The notes under the pieces are model-generated. The model did not search any database, was not told where the DNA came from, and saw only the letters and a program-made list of their open reading frames with translations. This document shows, one piece after another, positions 8,960 through 17,824 of a stretch of 64,000 bases of DNA (its first letter is position 1; each line of letters starts with the position of its first letter). A program made the position numbers and the translations under genes. The DNA is from Candidatus Woesearchaeota archaeon (GTDB lineage Archaea; Nanobdellota; Nanobdellia; Woesearchaeales; GW2011-AR4), in contig JACPIE010000013.1 in NCBI GenBank assembly GCA_016188245.1, forward strand, positions 21,058-85,057, in the 5' to 3' direction.

Positions 8960-10063
8960 TCATCCAAAAGTAAACGTATAAATCTTGAACCCTTTTCCGA
9001 AAACATCCATCTGGATAATTTTTTCATCATAGTCCTTGCCGGAAACAATGTTGTAAAGCCTGAATTCTCCGGCTTTTGACATGCTCTTGTTTCCTTCAAT
9101 TGCAATGTCCATCCCCTCATTTTCTTTGTCCAAATATTGGTTGTTCAGGAACACAAATATGGTTGAGTTGCTTTCAGAGCCTGCCACAATGTTCACATCT
9201 TTTGCCTTAAAAATAAGAAGGATGGAGCCGTCATCGCTTATGAGTTCCATATTGTCAGCATTGTATTTCCACGCCCCGTCAAGATAAGCAAAATTCCTGA
9301 AAGGCCTTGCGGGAAATTTGAAATCAACAATTTCATTTGGCTTTAAGCCCTGGTAGCCCAGATTGCCCCTGTCGAATTGGTAGCCAAAGTAGAGCTCCGG
9401 AGTCCCGATATCTTGTGGGCTTAAATTCATCATGCCGCTTGGATGCGTCATATCCACATCAATTCTGCCTTTTTGGTTTAGCCTCCCCATCCTTTCGTGC
9501 AGCAGAGTCTGTATCATTTTTTCAGTTTCCTCATAATTGCCTTCTCCGATATGGTCATATCTGATGTAGCCGTCTATGTCAATCAGGTACTTGTGCGGCC
9601 AATACCTGTTTTGGTAAAGGTTCCATGTGACATAATTGTTGTCCTGGGCGACTGCATACTTCAGCTTGTAGTCATTGACTGCTTTCAGGACATTTTCGTA
9701 TTTTTTCTCAAATCCGAATTCAGGGGTATGGACTCCCACAATTGTCAGCCCTTTGTCACTGTACTTCTTGTCCCAGTCTTTCAGGTAAGGCAGAGTCCTG
9801 ATGCAGTTGATGCAGGTGTAAGTCCAGAAGTCTACCAGCACAACTTTTCCCCTTAGTTGCGCGATGTTCAGTGGCTCGGAATTTATCCATCGGTCTATGC
9901 CTGCAAAATCAGGCGCTCTTGGGTATTTTGATTCATTTTCAGGCTGGTCCGGAATTTTGCCTGTTTTTGGCTTTTGGGATTCTATATAGAGGATGGATGC
10001 AATTACAAATATTACAACAATCAGTGCCAAAAATGGCCTTTGGATAAAATTTGGGGACTTCAT
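8960..10063 (-). CDS. secreted thioredoxin-fold protein with C-terminal beta-rich domain (like the DipZ C-terminal half)
   Basis: 367 aa with a signal anchor. The redoxin CxxC is in VVLVDFWTYTCINCIRTLPYL. Overlaps ccdA by 4 nt. Confidence 0.75.
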   Translation of the reverse strand: MKSPNFIQRPFLALIVVIFVIASILYIESQKPKTGKIPDQPENESKYPRAPDFAGIDRWINSEPLNIAQLRGKVVLVDFWTYTCINCIRTLPYLKDWDKKYSDKGLTIVGVHTPEFGFEKKYENVLKAVNDYKLKYAVAQDNNYVTWNLYQNRYWPHKYLIDIDGYIRYDHIGEGNYEETEKMIQTLLHERMGRLNQKGRIDVDMTHPSGMMNLSPQDIGTPELYFGYQFDRGNLGYQGLKPNEIVDFKFPARPFRNFAYLDGAWKYNADNMELISDDGSILLIFKAKDVNIVAGSESNSTIFVFLNNQYLDKENEGMDIAIEGNKSMSKAGEFRLYNIVSGKDYDEKIIQMDVFGKGFKIYTFTFG

Positions 10064-10761
10064 GACAGGAAGGATGCTGCAAAAAACCAGTTTGCAACTA
10101 TGTTAAGCTTGTTCGTGAATACAAGTATTCCCAATATCAATAATAGGATTCCCACTATGATATTAAAATATTTCAGCACAGTGGCCGATTTGCTGATTAA
10201 GCTTGCTGCCTGTGTCGTGAACAATCCTACAATCAGGAAAGGAATGCCGAGGCCAAGCGCGTAAGACATCAGCAGGACAAATCCAAAAGCAGGCTTTGCC
10301 ACAACCAGGGCAAGCACGCTGCCGAGAATGGCGCTGACGCATGGCGTCCATCCAACTGCAAAAGCCGCGCCAAACACGAAAGAGGTTACGTAAGTTACGC
10401 TGAATTTTTTTTTGACGGCAAACTTGTGCTCCCTTTCAAGAAAGCTTATTTTTATCAATCCAAGGATGTACATTGCAAACAAAATTATTATTATTCCCCC
10501 TGCCCTTGAAAGCCATGTCTGGACATTGTAAGACACTCTTTCCAGCACCGTGTTCAGCAGCACTCCCAATAATGCAAATATGACTGAAAAGCCAAGAACG
10601 AATGCCACGCTGTTCAAAAATACCTTTAATCTTGCATTCTGCTGCCCGGTGCTTGTGCCTGACAGGTAAGCCAAAAATCCCGGTATCAAAGGCAAAACGC
10701 AGGGGCTGGCAAAAGAAACAATGCCTGCAATAAAAGCGACTACAATTGTTGGCTCGACCAT
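10060..10761 (-). CDS. ccdA: cytochrome c biogenesis / DsbD-type thiol-disulfide transporter CcdA
   Basis: 233 aa with 6-7 TM helices. Has the two conserved cysteines, in FASPCVLPLIPGF and GWTPCV. Confidence 0.85.
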   Translation of the reverse strand: MVEPTIVVAFIAGIVSFASPCVLPLIPGFLAYLSGTSTGQQNARLKVFLNSVAFVLGFSVIFALLGVLLNTVLERVSYNVQTWLSRAGGIIIILFAMYILGLIKISFLEREHKFAVKKKFSVTYVTSFVFGAAFAVGWTPCVSAILGSVLALVVAKPAFGFVLLMSYALGLGIPFLIVGLFTTQAASLISKSATVLKYFNIIVGILLLILGILVFTNKLNIVANWFFAASFLS

Positions 10762-10792
10762 TTTTGATTTTTATTGATTTGGCTGTTATAAC

Positions 10793-11317
10793 CTAAATCT
10801 TGCTTAATTCTTCCAGATATCTTTGCTTGTCCCACGAGTCCGGCCATTTGCCTATTCTCTGGCCGTCTTTTAATATTATTTTTGTATGCTGATAGCTTAC
10901 TCCGAATTCTTTTGCCAAAGCCTCTTCGTCAGCATCAGTATCTGAATCACGGAAATTTACCCTGAATCCAATCAACTCCTGCTCATTAATTTCGTTGAAA
11001 GCCGCCAAAGTTTCCGGCTGCTCTTTTTTGCATGTAGGGCACCAGCTTGCATAAAAATAAAGCAAGATTTTCTTTTTCTCCTTCAGTGCTTTGTCGTAGT
11101 CAGCTTTGTTGAAATCTAGGTATTTTGTTGCGCCAGTACCTGCCAAAACTTTTCCTGTATATATTTTTTCCATAATTGTATCTTCTTTTTGCATCATGGC
11201 GTTGTCTTTTTCCATTATTGCATCTTCCTTATCCATTGCATCCGATGGTGCTTGTGCACATCCAAATACAGCAATACCTAAAATAAGCAATAAAACCACC
11301 ATATGATTAATTTTCAT
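10793..11317 (-). CDS. secreted thioredoxin-like lipoprotein
   Basis: 174 aa. Lipobox AVFGCAQ and thioredoxin motif YFYASWCPTCKKEQ. Confidence 0.75.
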   Translation of the reverse strand: MKINHMVVLLLILGIAVFGCAQAPSDAMDKEDAIMEKDNAMMQKEDTIMEKIYTGKVLAGTGATKYLDFNKADYDKALKEKKKILLYFYASWCPTCKKEQPETLAAFNEINEQELIGFRVNFRDSDTDADEEALAKEFGVSYQHTKIILKDGQRIGKWPDSWDKQRYLEELSKI

Positions 11318-11326
11318 TTTTCCACC

Positions 11327-11623
11327 TCATTCCCATGTTATTTTCAGCAAAATTAAAAATCCAACGGTTTGCAGAAGCGTCAAAATAAAAACATGAACTT
11401 CGACTTCCGGGCTGTAGTAATCCATCATGGTCAGGTAATAGTAAAGAGAAATAAGGCCTTGTACAAGAAACAGCAGCGCAAAAATAAACAATCCTATTGT
11501 GAATCTTGATTTTATTTTCCTGAGATTTTTGATGTAAATGTGCAAAAGCATTCCCAAAGCCGACACAGAGACGACAGCCAGGATAGTTGTCAGATTCATC
11601 AGCATTGCCATAATATTAAGCAA
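11327..11623 (-). CDS. small membrane protein
   Basis: 98 aa with three hydrophobic helices. No recognisable family. Confidence 0.45.
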   Translation of the reverse strand: MLNIMAMLMNLTTILAVVSVSALGMLLHIYIKNLRKIKSRFTIGLFIFALLFLVQGLISLYYYLTMMDYYSPEVEVHVFILTLLQTVGFLILLKITWE

Positions 11624-11639
11624 AGAATCTCTTATTTAA

Positions 11640-11924
11640 TTACTTTTTCCCAAATTGCGCCCAAATCTCTTCAAAAAGCTTGTAGTTAAGTTTCATGTCT
11701 TCTGACAAAAAGTATACCGCCCCATAGCCGCCTTTGTTTATTGGGGTTATCACATTGTTTTTCTCAAGAACTTCAAGATGGTGCCTCACAGTCTTATAAT
11801 CCAGCTTGAGAATTTCAGCGATTTTATTTGCATTTGACGGCTTTTTCTTAAGCAAATCAATTATTTTGCCTCTTGTCTCGCCTCCTTTCGTACCTGCTAT
11901 CAGATACCACAACAGGTTTTTCAT
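11640..11924 (-). CDS. ArsR-like winged-helix transcription regulator
   Basis: 94 aa. The wHTH pattern is NKIAEILKLDYKTVRHHLEVLEKNNVI. Confidence 0.7.
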   Translation of the reverse strand: MKNLLWYLIAGTKGGETRGKIIDLLKKKPSNANKIAEILKLDYKTVRHHLEVLEKNNVITPINKGGYGAVYFLSEDMKLNYKLFEEIWAQFGKK

Positions 11925-11967
11925 TGAGAAATGAGATTTTTAGGGATTTTTATAGTTTTGTATAGGG

Positions 11968-12789
11968 CTAGCCGATTGCCTTAACCCTAGAACTCCCTAT
12001 TCTTCGGTACAAATATAGTATCAATCCCAGATAAGAAGCCCATGCAGCCACTTCCAGCAGGCTCGGGTTTCCATTGTAGCCGAACAGTCCTTTCAGGAAG
12101 CTTCCTAAAATTCCTTTTTCATTCAAAATGTGGTTGATATCAAACAAAGGGGATATAATGCCGCTTACAGCTCCAGCTTCCTCAAACTCATGTATTCCGT
12201 GCGCCACTAATCCGGCTGCAAACAGTATAAGCAGGATGCTGCTGACACTGAATAGTTTTTTCAGATCAATCTTTTTTGTGCTTACAAAGAAAAGGTAGCC
12301 GACAACTATGGCTGCCAGGATGCCGAGCGTGCCTCCGACAAAATTGATGCCGCTTGCATAATTTATTGCATTCAAAAATATGACAGTTTCAACTCCTTCC
12401 CTGATTACAGCTATGAATATAAGCGTAAAGATTCCTATATGTGAAAATAATGGCTGCGCGCTCATAAGATGCTTCCCGACCTTGCCTTCAATCTCTTTTG
12501 AGATGTGCCTTTGCTGCATCATCCAGAGTATCATGGTCGTGAGCAAAACAGCTCCAATAAGCATTGTTATCCCTTCAAAAATCTGCTCCGTCTTTCCCTC
12601 AAACTCTCCTGCAAAAAACGTGAATGCCAAAGCTGCAATTATGCTTGCTAGGATTCCAGCGCCTATGCCATAATACACAGTTTTCTTATAGCTTTGGTTG
12701 TTTGTCCTGTTAAGGTAAGCCAGCACAATTCCTACAACTAAGCTTGCTTCCAAAGTTTCCCTTGAAGTTACCAAAAAAGACTCAATCAT
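11968..12789 (-). CDS. FTR1/EfeU-type high-affinity iron permease
   Basis: 273 aa. Has two REXXE motifs (SRETLEASLV and REGVETVIF) in a 7-TM protein. Confidence 0.85.
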   Translation of the reverse strand: MIESFLVTSRETLEASLVVGIVLAYLNRTNNQSYKKTVYYGIGAGILASIIAALAFTFFAGEFEGKTEQIFEGITMLIGAVLLTTMILWMMQQRHISKEIEGKVGKHLMSAQPLFSHIGIFTLIFIAVIREGVETVIFLNAINYASGINFVGGTLGILAAIVVGYLFFVSTKKIDLKKLFSVSSILLILFAAGLVAHGIHEFEEAGAVSGIISPLFDINHILNEKGILGSFLKGLFGYNGNPSLLEVAAWASYLGLILYLYRRIGSSRVKAIG

Positions 12790-12807
12790 CGTTTAACCAA
12801 TCAAAAC

Positions 12808-12821
12808 TTAACAATTGTTAA
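12808..12821. promoter_or_regulatory. 14-bp perfect palindrome TTAACAATTGTTAA (candidate operator), copy 2
   Basis: Lies 19 nt upstream of the FTR1 ATG and downstream of the TATA box at 12838-12845. Identical to 3860-3873. Confidence 0.55.
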
Positions 12822-12837
12822 TTGGAGCAGTTGCTTG

Positions 12838-12845
12838 TATTTAAA
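12838..12845 (-). promoter_or_regulatory. archaeal TATA box for the FTR1 string
   Basis: tatttaaagcttt reads AAAGCTTTAAATA (BRE plus TATA) on the minus strand. Confidence 0.45.
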
Positions 12846-12914
12846 GCTTTCTGGGCGGTTTCCTAATAGTGTTTTGATAAGTGCGAAATTCGTCATTTTA
12901 ACTATGAGAATCAG

Positions 12915-13343
12915 CTAAAGGCTGCCTTTGAGGGTATCTTTTATTATAGCAGGGCATATCCTTGTAACTCCGTCAAGCCCTTTAAGCTTGTCAGAAAAAG
13001 ACCTTAGATCATCATCGTTCTTTGCCCAAACCTCAATCATGAACATATGGTCGCCGGCTGTTGATGCCGCATATTTTATGCCGTCGAACTCTGCCAGTCT
13101 TTTTGCCACGTCAAGATATTTCTCCGGCACGACATCCACTCCTATCAGGGCAATGTTTGAAATGCCTACCTTGCCTGCATCGATTTCCAGGGAATATTTC
13201 CTGATAATTCCGTTCTTTTCAAGATTTGAGACTCGCTTCCTTATCGTTGATTCGGAAACCTTCAGTTTTCTCGCTATCTCCATGAAAGGAGTTCTGGAAT
13301 TCCCTGAAAGGAAATCTATTATTTTTAAGTCAAGTTTATCCAT
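12915..13343 (-). CDS. Lrp/AsnC-family transcription regulator
   Basis: 142 aa. LDLKIIDFLSGNSRTPFMEIARKLKVSESTIRKRVSNLEKNGII followed by a RAM domain. Confidence 0.9.
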   Translation of the reverse strand: MDKLDLKIIDFLSGNSRTPFMEIARKLKVSESTIRKRVSNLEKNGIIRKYSLEIDAGKVGISNIALIGVDVVPEKYLDVAKRLAEFDGIKYAASTAGDHMFMIEVWAKNDDDLRSFSDKLKGLDGVTRICPAIIKDTLKGSL

Positions 13344-13361
13344 AAATCACCAAATAAGCAA

Positions 13362-14075
13362 TCAAGCCCCCTGCTTGAACAAAACATATCTTTTGTCTGT
13401 GTTTATATAATCTGATTTTGATTTAGAATCAAGCCTGTCCAATAAGGTGTTCAGGCCGACATAAGATGCTGTTATGCCTCCTGCAAACAGCAGCCTTTCA
13501 TAAATTACAATGGGTATCAGCGCAATCCAGGCGGCAGGAGTCATCGGAACAATATAGTTCCACATGGCACCGCCAACTGCATGGGCTGTGAATGTTGCGC
13601 CCAAGCTTTTGAGGAAAGCCTTCTCGCTGTATTTTTTAGGAAGCAGCTTTATCACAATCGGTATTGTCCAGAACAGTGAAAAAAACCAGACTTGCCTTCC
13701 AACCGGATGCGCTATAAACAGCAGTATTGCTGCGACAGGCACCAAAAAGCTGAGCTTGTCTTTTTTGGCGCCAAAATACCATGCTGCGAAAAGCATCGGA
13801 AGCAATCTGAGCGCAGTTATCCAATCAAATGAGGCATTTGTGTAAAGTTTGCTTGCGACTTCTGCAATCAAGACTGACAGCACTCCGACAGCAGGCCCAA
13901 GAAAAGCCCCGGCCACAGGCCCGAAAAACTGAAACAGCGTAAAAAATTGGTTGTCAGCGCCAATCAGCCTTGAGAAATTTATCCTGTCGCCTGTAAAAAC
14001 CAGGATGCTGAATATGAGCAAAAACAGCAAGCCTTTTGTTGTGATTAATTTATTCAGCCTCATTATACTTACCAT
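13362..14075 (-). CDS. polytopic membrane protein, unknown function (layout resembles an ECF S-component)
   Basis: 237 aa with about 6 TM helices. No motif recognised. Sits next to the folate cluster. Confidence 0.45.
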   Translation of the reverse strand: MVSIMRLNKLITTKGLLFLLIFSILVFTGDRINFSRLIGADNQFFTLFQFFGPVAGAFLGPAVGVLSVLIAEVASKLYTNASFDWITALRLLPMLFAAWYFGAKKDKLSFLVPVAAILLFIAHPVGRQVWFFSLFWTIPIVIKLLPKKYSEKAFLKSLGATFTAHAVGGAMWNYIVPMTPAAWIALIPIVIYERLLFAGGITASYVGLNTLLDRLDSKSKSDYINTDKRYVLFKQGA

Positions 14076-14126
14076 TGCAAAGCAAAATAGTTTAATTTAA
14101 ATAGTTTTCTGATTTTGCATGTGAAG

Positions 14127-14846
14127 ATGCTGCACGGAAAAGTTGCCCTTGTTACGGGAAGCTCAAAAAGAATCGGAAAGGAGATGGCCATAGCCCTGGC
14201 CAGGAACGGCGCTTGTGTTGCGGTTCACTGCAATAAAAGCCGAAAGGAAGCGGAAGCTGTAAGGAAAAAGATAGAATCTTTCGGGAATCCATCAATGGTT
14301 GTTAAAGCAGATTTAAGGAGCCTGAAGGAAACGAAGGCAATGTTCAGGGCCATAATAAAAAAATTCAAAAAAATAGACATTCTGATAAATAATGTCGGAA
14401 ATTTCATATTCAAGGATATTGATGGGTATTCGCCGGAAGAATGGCATTATCTCATAGACACCACACTGAACACAACTTACCATTGCTGCAAATGCGCTTT
14501 GCCGTATATGAGGGGGCAAAAATTCGGCAGGATAATAAATATAGCCGATTCATTGGCTGACAGGATCCAGGCATCTCCAAAATTAACCCCGTATATGATT
14601 GGCAAGACCGGCGTGCTTATCCTGACGCAAACTTTGGCCGTTACAGAAGCAAGGCATAACATAAACGTCAATGCAGTGTCTCCTGGCGTCATGGAAAACA
14701 GCATTGTCAAGCCTGCTGACAAAGTTCCAAAAGGAAGGTACGGGAGTTATGATGATATAGTAAACGCTGTGCTGTTTTTGCTTGACGAGAAATCAGATTA
14801 CATAACCGGCGCGAATATAAAGGTAAATGGCGGCTGGCGTCTATAA
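14127..14846 (+). CDS. short-chain dehydrogenase, PTR1/FolM-like (candidate pteridine reductase)
   Basis: VALVTGSSKRIGKEMA has the TGxxxRIG variant seen in PTR1/FolM. Also has AVHCNKSRKEAEAV...VKADL and the catalytic YMIGK. ATG at 14127 is preferred over TTG at 14115. Convergent with the minus-strand folK, with only an 8-nt gap between the two 3' ends. Confidence 0.7.
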   Translation: MLHGKVALVTGSSKRIGKEMAIALARNGACVAVHCNKSRKEAEAVRKKIESFGNPSMVVKADLRSLKETKAMFRAIIKKFKKIDILINNVGNFIFKDIDGYSPEEWHYLIDTTLNTTYHCCKCALPYMRGQKFGRIINIADSLADRIQASPKLTPYMIGKTGVLILTQTLAVTEARHNINVNAVSPGVMENSIVKPADKVPKGRYGSYDDIVNAVLFLLDEKSDYITGANIKVNGGWRL

Positions 14847-14854
14847 ACAAGAAT

Positions 14855-15316
14855 TTACTTCAAATCCGTTAATTCCTTGTAAAGTTCCTTTATTTTCCTG
14901 TTTAAAACAGGATGCACAAAATAAGGAGCAATCTCCTTTAAAGGCTCTAACACAAACAATCTTTCATGCAGCCTGGGATGAGGTATGATTAAATTTTTTT
15001 CATTGATGAATAGGTTGTCATAAAACAATATATCCATGTCAATTATCCTTGGGCCATTTTTTATTTTCTTGATCCTTCCCATTTTTTTCTCAATTGACTG
15101 CAGAAATTCAAGCAATTCAAGCGGCTCAAGTTTTGTCTCAATTTCAATTGCGCAGTTCAAAAACCAATCCTGCTCCCTGTACCCAACAGGCTCTGTCTCA
15201 TACAATGAAGATTTTTTTAAAATTTTGCATTTTTCTTTTATCAAATCAACTGCTTTTCTGATATTTTCTTCCTTATGTCCAATATTCGAGCCTATGCCAA
15301 CAAAAACATCAGTCAT
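14855..15316 (-). CDS. folK: 6-hydroxymethyl-7,8-dihydropterin pyrophosphokinase
   Basis: 153 aa. Has VFVGIGSNIG, PRIIDMDILFY and IIPHPRLHER. Confidence 0.9.
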   Translation of the reverse strand: MTDVFVGIGSNIGHKEENIRKAVDLIKEKCKILKKSSLYETEPVGYREQDWFLNCAIEIETKLEPLELLEFLQSIEKKMGRIKKIKNGPRIIDMDILFYDNLFINEKNLIIPHPRLHERLFVLEPLKEIAPYFVHPVLNRKIKELYKELTDLK

Positions 15317-15662
15317 TTTTCTCTCTTGTCATTTCAACAGCAGCATATCTCATATTTGGAATCTTTTTTTTAACTTTTACAATTATTTTCTTGGCATTGA
15401 ATTTGTCCAAAATGCTTTCTGCAATTTTATTTGCAAGCGCCTCAACCAGATTGTATTCCTTTTTCTCCGCAATGCTTTTCATCAAGCTGAAAACATCAGA
15501 ATAGTTTATTGTGTACCTTATATCGTCACTATTGGCTGCTTTCTTAGTATCCAAGAATAATTCAGCATCAACAAAAATTTTCTGCTTCTTGCTCCTTTCC
15601 TTAGAGGAAACTCCAATATTGCAAAACAAAGCCGCATCCTTTATTATTATCTTGTCCATCAT
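15309..15662 (-). CDS. folB: dihydroneopterin aldolase
   Basis: IIIKDAALFCNIGVSSKERSKKQKIFVDAEL. The ATG pair at 15657-15662 overlaps the folP stop. Confidence 0.85.
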   Translation of the reverse strand: MMDKIIIKDAALFCNIGVSSKERSKKQKIFVDAELFLDTKKAANSDDIRYTINYSDVFSLMKSIAEKKEYNLVEALANKIAESILDKFNAKKIIVKVKKKIPNMRYAAVEMTREKND

Positions 15663-16483
15663 GCGCTCCTTACAGCATAAGCTATCTGCACTGCTCTCTT
15701 GCATTGCCTCACATCATGCACCCTTACAATATTTGCGCCATTCATGACCGCAATTGCAACAGAAGCCAAAGTCCCCTCAAGCCTCTCATCTACATTTAGC
15801 CCTGTAACACTCCCTATAAAAGATTTCCTTGAAGGGCCGACTAAAACAGGGCATTTTAATTCTTTAAATTCTTCCAATCTCTTCAATATTTGCAGGTTGT
15901 GCTCTGTCGTCTTTCCAAACCCGATTCCGGGATCAACAATAACATCATCAATCCCTTCTTTTTTAGCTTTTAAAATTCTCTCCTTTAAAAATTCCTTAAT
16001 TTCATTTACAACATCTCTGTAGGCTGGGTTTTGCTGCATATTTTTTGGCTTGCCTTTCATGTGCATGATGACAATTGGCACTTTCAATTCAGACGCCAAG
16101 TTAATCATCTCCTGATTTCCAAGCCCGGTTATGTCATTGATAATATGCGCTCCCAGCTCAATGCATTTTCTTGCCACAAATGGCTTGTAAGTGTCAACAG
16201 ATATTGGAACACCAAGGCCAATAATTTTTTTGATTATCGGCTCAGTCCTTGCAAGCTCATCTTCATCTGATATTGGCTCGGAGCCCGGCCTTGTGCTTTC
16301 CCCACCAACATCTATCATGTCTGCGCCTTCCTCAACCATTTGTGCAGCATACTTTACTGCCTTGTCAACATCAACAAACAATCCTCCATCAGAAAAGGAG
16401 TCAGGGGTTATATTCAGGACTCCCATTACAAGAGTCCTGTCAAAATTCAGCAAGTGATTCCCGCATTTTATTGCCTTTAACAT
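15659..16483 (-). CDS. folP: dihydropteroate synthase
   Basis: 274 aa. Has MGVLNITPDSFSDGG, DVGGESTRPG and PSRKSF. Confidence 0.93.
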   Translation of the reverse strand: MLKAIKCGNHLLNFDRTLVMGVLNITPDSFSDGGLFVDVDKAVKYAAQMVEEGADMIDVGGESTRPGSEPISDEDELARTEPIIKKIIGLGVPISVDTYKPFVARKCIELGAHIINDITGLGNQEMINLASELKVPIVIMHMKGKPKNMQQNPAYRDVVNEIKEFLKERILKAKKEGIDDVIVDPGIGFGKTTEHNLQILKRLEEFKELKCPVLVGPSRKSFIGSVTGLNVDERLEGTLASVAIAVMNGANIVRVHDVRQCKRAVQIAYAVRSA

Positions 16484-16490
16484 AGAAAAC

Positions 16491-17042
16491 CTATTTTATG
16501 AGCTTCAAAAATTCTTCCCTTGTCTTGATATCGTCCCTGAACAAGCCTCTTACAGCAGATGTCACAATCTCTGCAGGCAGCTTAAGCCCTCTCATCTCAA
16601 TGCACAGATGCCTTGCCTCAATCACAACTCCAACACCTTTTGGCTCAAGATGCTTCATGATGCTGTTTGCTATCTCTGTTGTCAGCCTTTCTTGCAGCTG
16701 CAGCTTCCTGCTCAATACATCAATTATCTCCACCAGCTTGCTCACCCCAACTATCCTGTTTTTCTTTGGGATGTAAGCAACATGGCATTTCCCGAAAAAA
16801 GGCACAAGATGGTGCTCGCACATTGAATAAAAAGGGACATCCTTCACAAGCACCATTTCATCATGTTTCAGCTCATGAGTCACTTTAAGGATATCCTTGA
16901 CATCCTTTCCTTTCCCAGAAAGGATATCTTCCATCATCTCTGCAAATCTTTCAGGAGTATTCTTTAACTCAGGCTTGTTTGGGTTTTCGCCTATTGCTTT
17001 GATTATTTCAGAAACAGCCTTCTTGATTTTTTCCTTATCCAT
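16491..17042 (-). CDS. folE: GTP cyclohydrolase I
   Basis: Has FYSMCEHHLVPFFGKCHVAYIP and VIEARHLCIEMRG. ATG at 17042 (MDKEKIKKAV) is preferred over the longer track ORF. Confidence 0.92.
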   Translation of the reverse strand: MDKEKIKKAVSEIIKAIGENPNKPELKNTPERFAEMMEDILSGKGKDVKDILKVTHELKHDEMVLVKDVPFYSMCEHHLVPFFGKCHVAYIPKKNRIVGVSKLVEIIDVLSRKLQLQERLTTEIANSIMKHLEPKGVGVVIEARHLCIEMRGLKLPAEIVTSAVRGLFRDDIKTREEFLKLIK

Positions 17043-17115
17043 TTTACCCCAACAAGTAATGGATAAAAATTTCCCTTTAATAATATTTGTATTAAAAATA
17101 ATAAAAAAGAAATAG

Positions 17116-17778
17116 CTAGCAGTATTTCCTATAGACACCATCGAGCATGTTCCACATAGCTTTCATTGATTTATTCAAGGATTTTCTCACTTTTGCCTGC
17201 TGCTCTTTTGTCCTTGCATGCTTTGCAATCATCTTCTTCCATGTCTTCTGGTGCTCAATGTCAACCTTGCTGTGCACCTTGAAAAATTCAAGCGCTCTCG
17301 CATCTTTCATTCCATAGTGTTTTTTCAGGCCATCCATTTTCAGCTTTGCTATCTCTGAAATCTGCGATTCATATCCCAATAATGCTGCAGCCCCCTCCAA
17401 AAAATCGTTTGAGGAAAGCTTCTGCATTTCTTTTAGCATCTTTTTTGTCTCAGGCAGCATCTTTGCATCCATCTCGTTTCTTTTCAGTCCAAGCCCATCT
17501 GCAAACCTAAGCCAAAGCTCTGAATGCGGAAGCTTTGGATTTTCCTCTTCATTGAGATTTTCAAGTATCGTAAGCCTTTCTTCCTCGTAAGGCGTATTGG
17601 AGTGAACCCTGCTCACAAGCCTTGGGAATTCTGCTACAAATTTGTAGTATTGCTGGGCATATCCCCTCAAAGCGTCCATGCTTACTTTGCCCTCATTCCA
17701 CAATTGATAGAATTTATGCTTTGAAAGATGTCTTTCCTTTATGTCCTTCTCAAGCAATTTTATTATGTTTTTTGCCAT
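17116..17778 (-). CDS. CADD/CT610-like heme-oxygenase-fold protein (PqqC/TenA superfamily); candidate pABA synthase
   Basis: 220 aa. Several blocks align by eye with Chlamydia CT610 as I recall that sequence: HKFYQLWNEGKVSMDALRGYAQQYYKFVAEFPRLVS, ILENLNEEEN, AALLGYESQI and HSKVDIEH. Directly upstream of folE. Confidence 0.75.
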   Translation of the reverse strand: MAKNIIKLLEKDIKERHLSKHKFYQLWNEGKVSMDALRGYAQQYYKFVAEFPRLVSRVHSNTPYEEERLTILENLNEEENPKLPHSELWLRFADGLGLKRNEMDAKMLPETKKMLKEMQKLSSNDFLEGAAALLGYESQISEIAKLKMDGLKKHYGMKDARALEFFKVHSKVDIEHQKTWKKMIAKHARTKEQQAKVRKSLNKSMKAMWNMLDGVYRKYC

Positions 17779-17824
17779 AATACTACCTTTTGCCGCTTAT
17801 AAACTTTATATTTATAATTTTCTA

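Noticed and set aside
8848-9120. 90-aa minus-strand ORF that overlaps the 3' end of the thioredoxin-fold gene and the purN promoter.
   Set aside because: It sits in a different frame over the end of a well-supported CDS and spans the TATA box region. No motifs support it.
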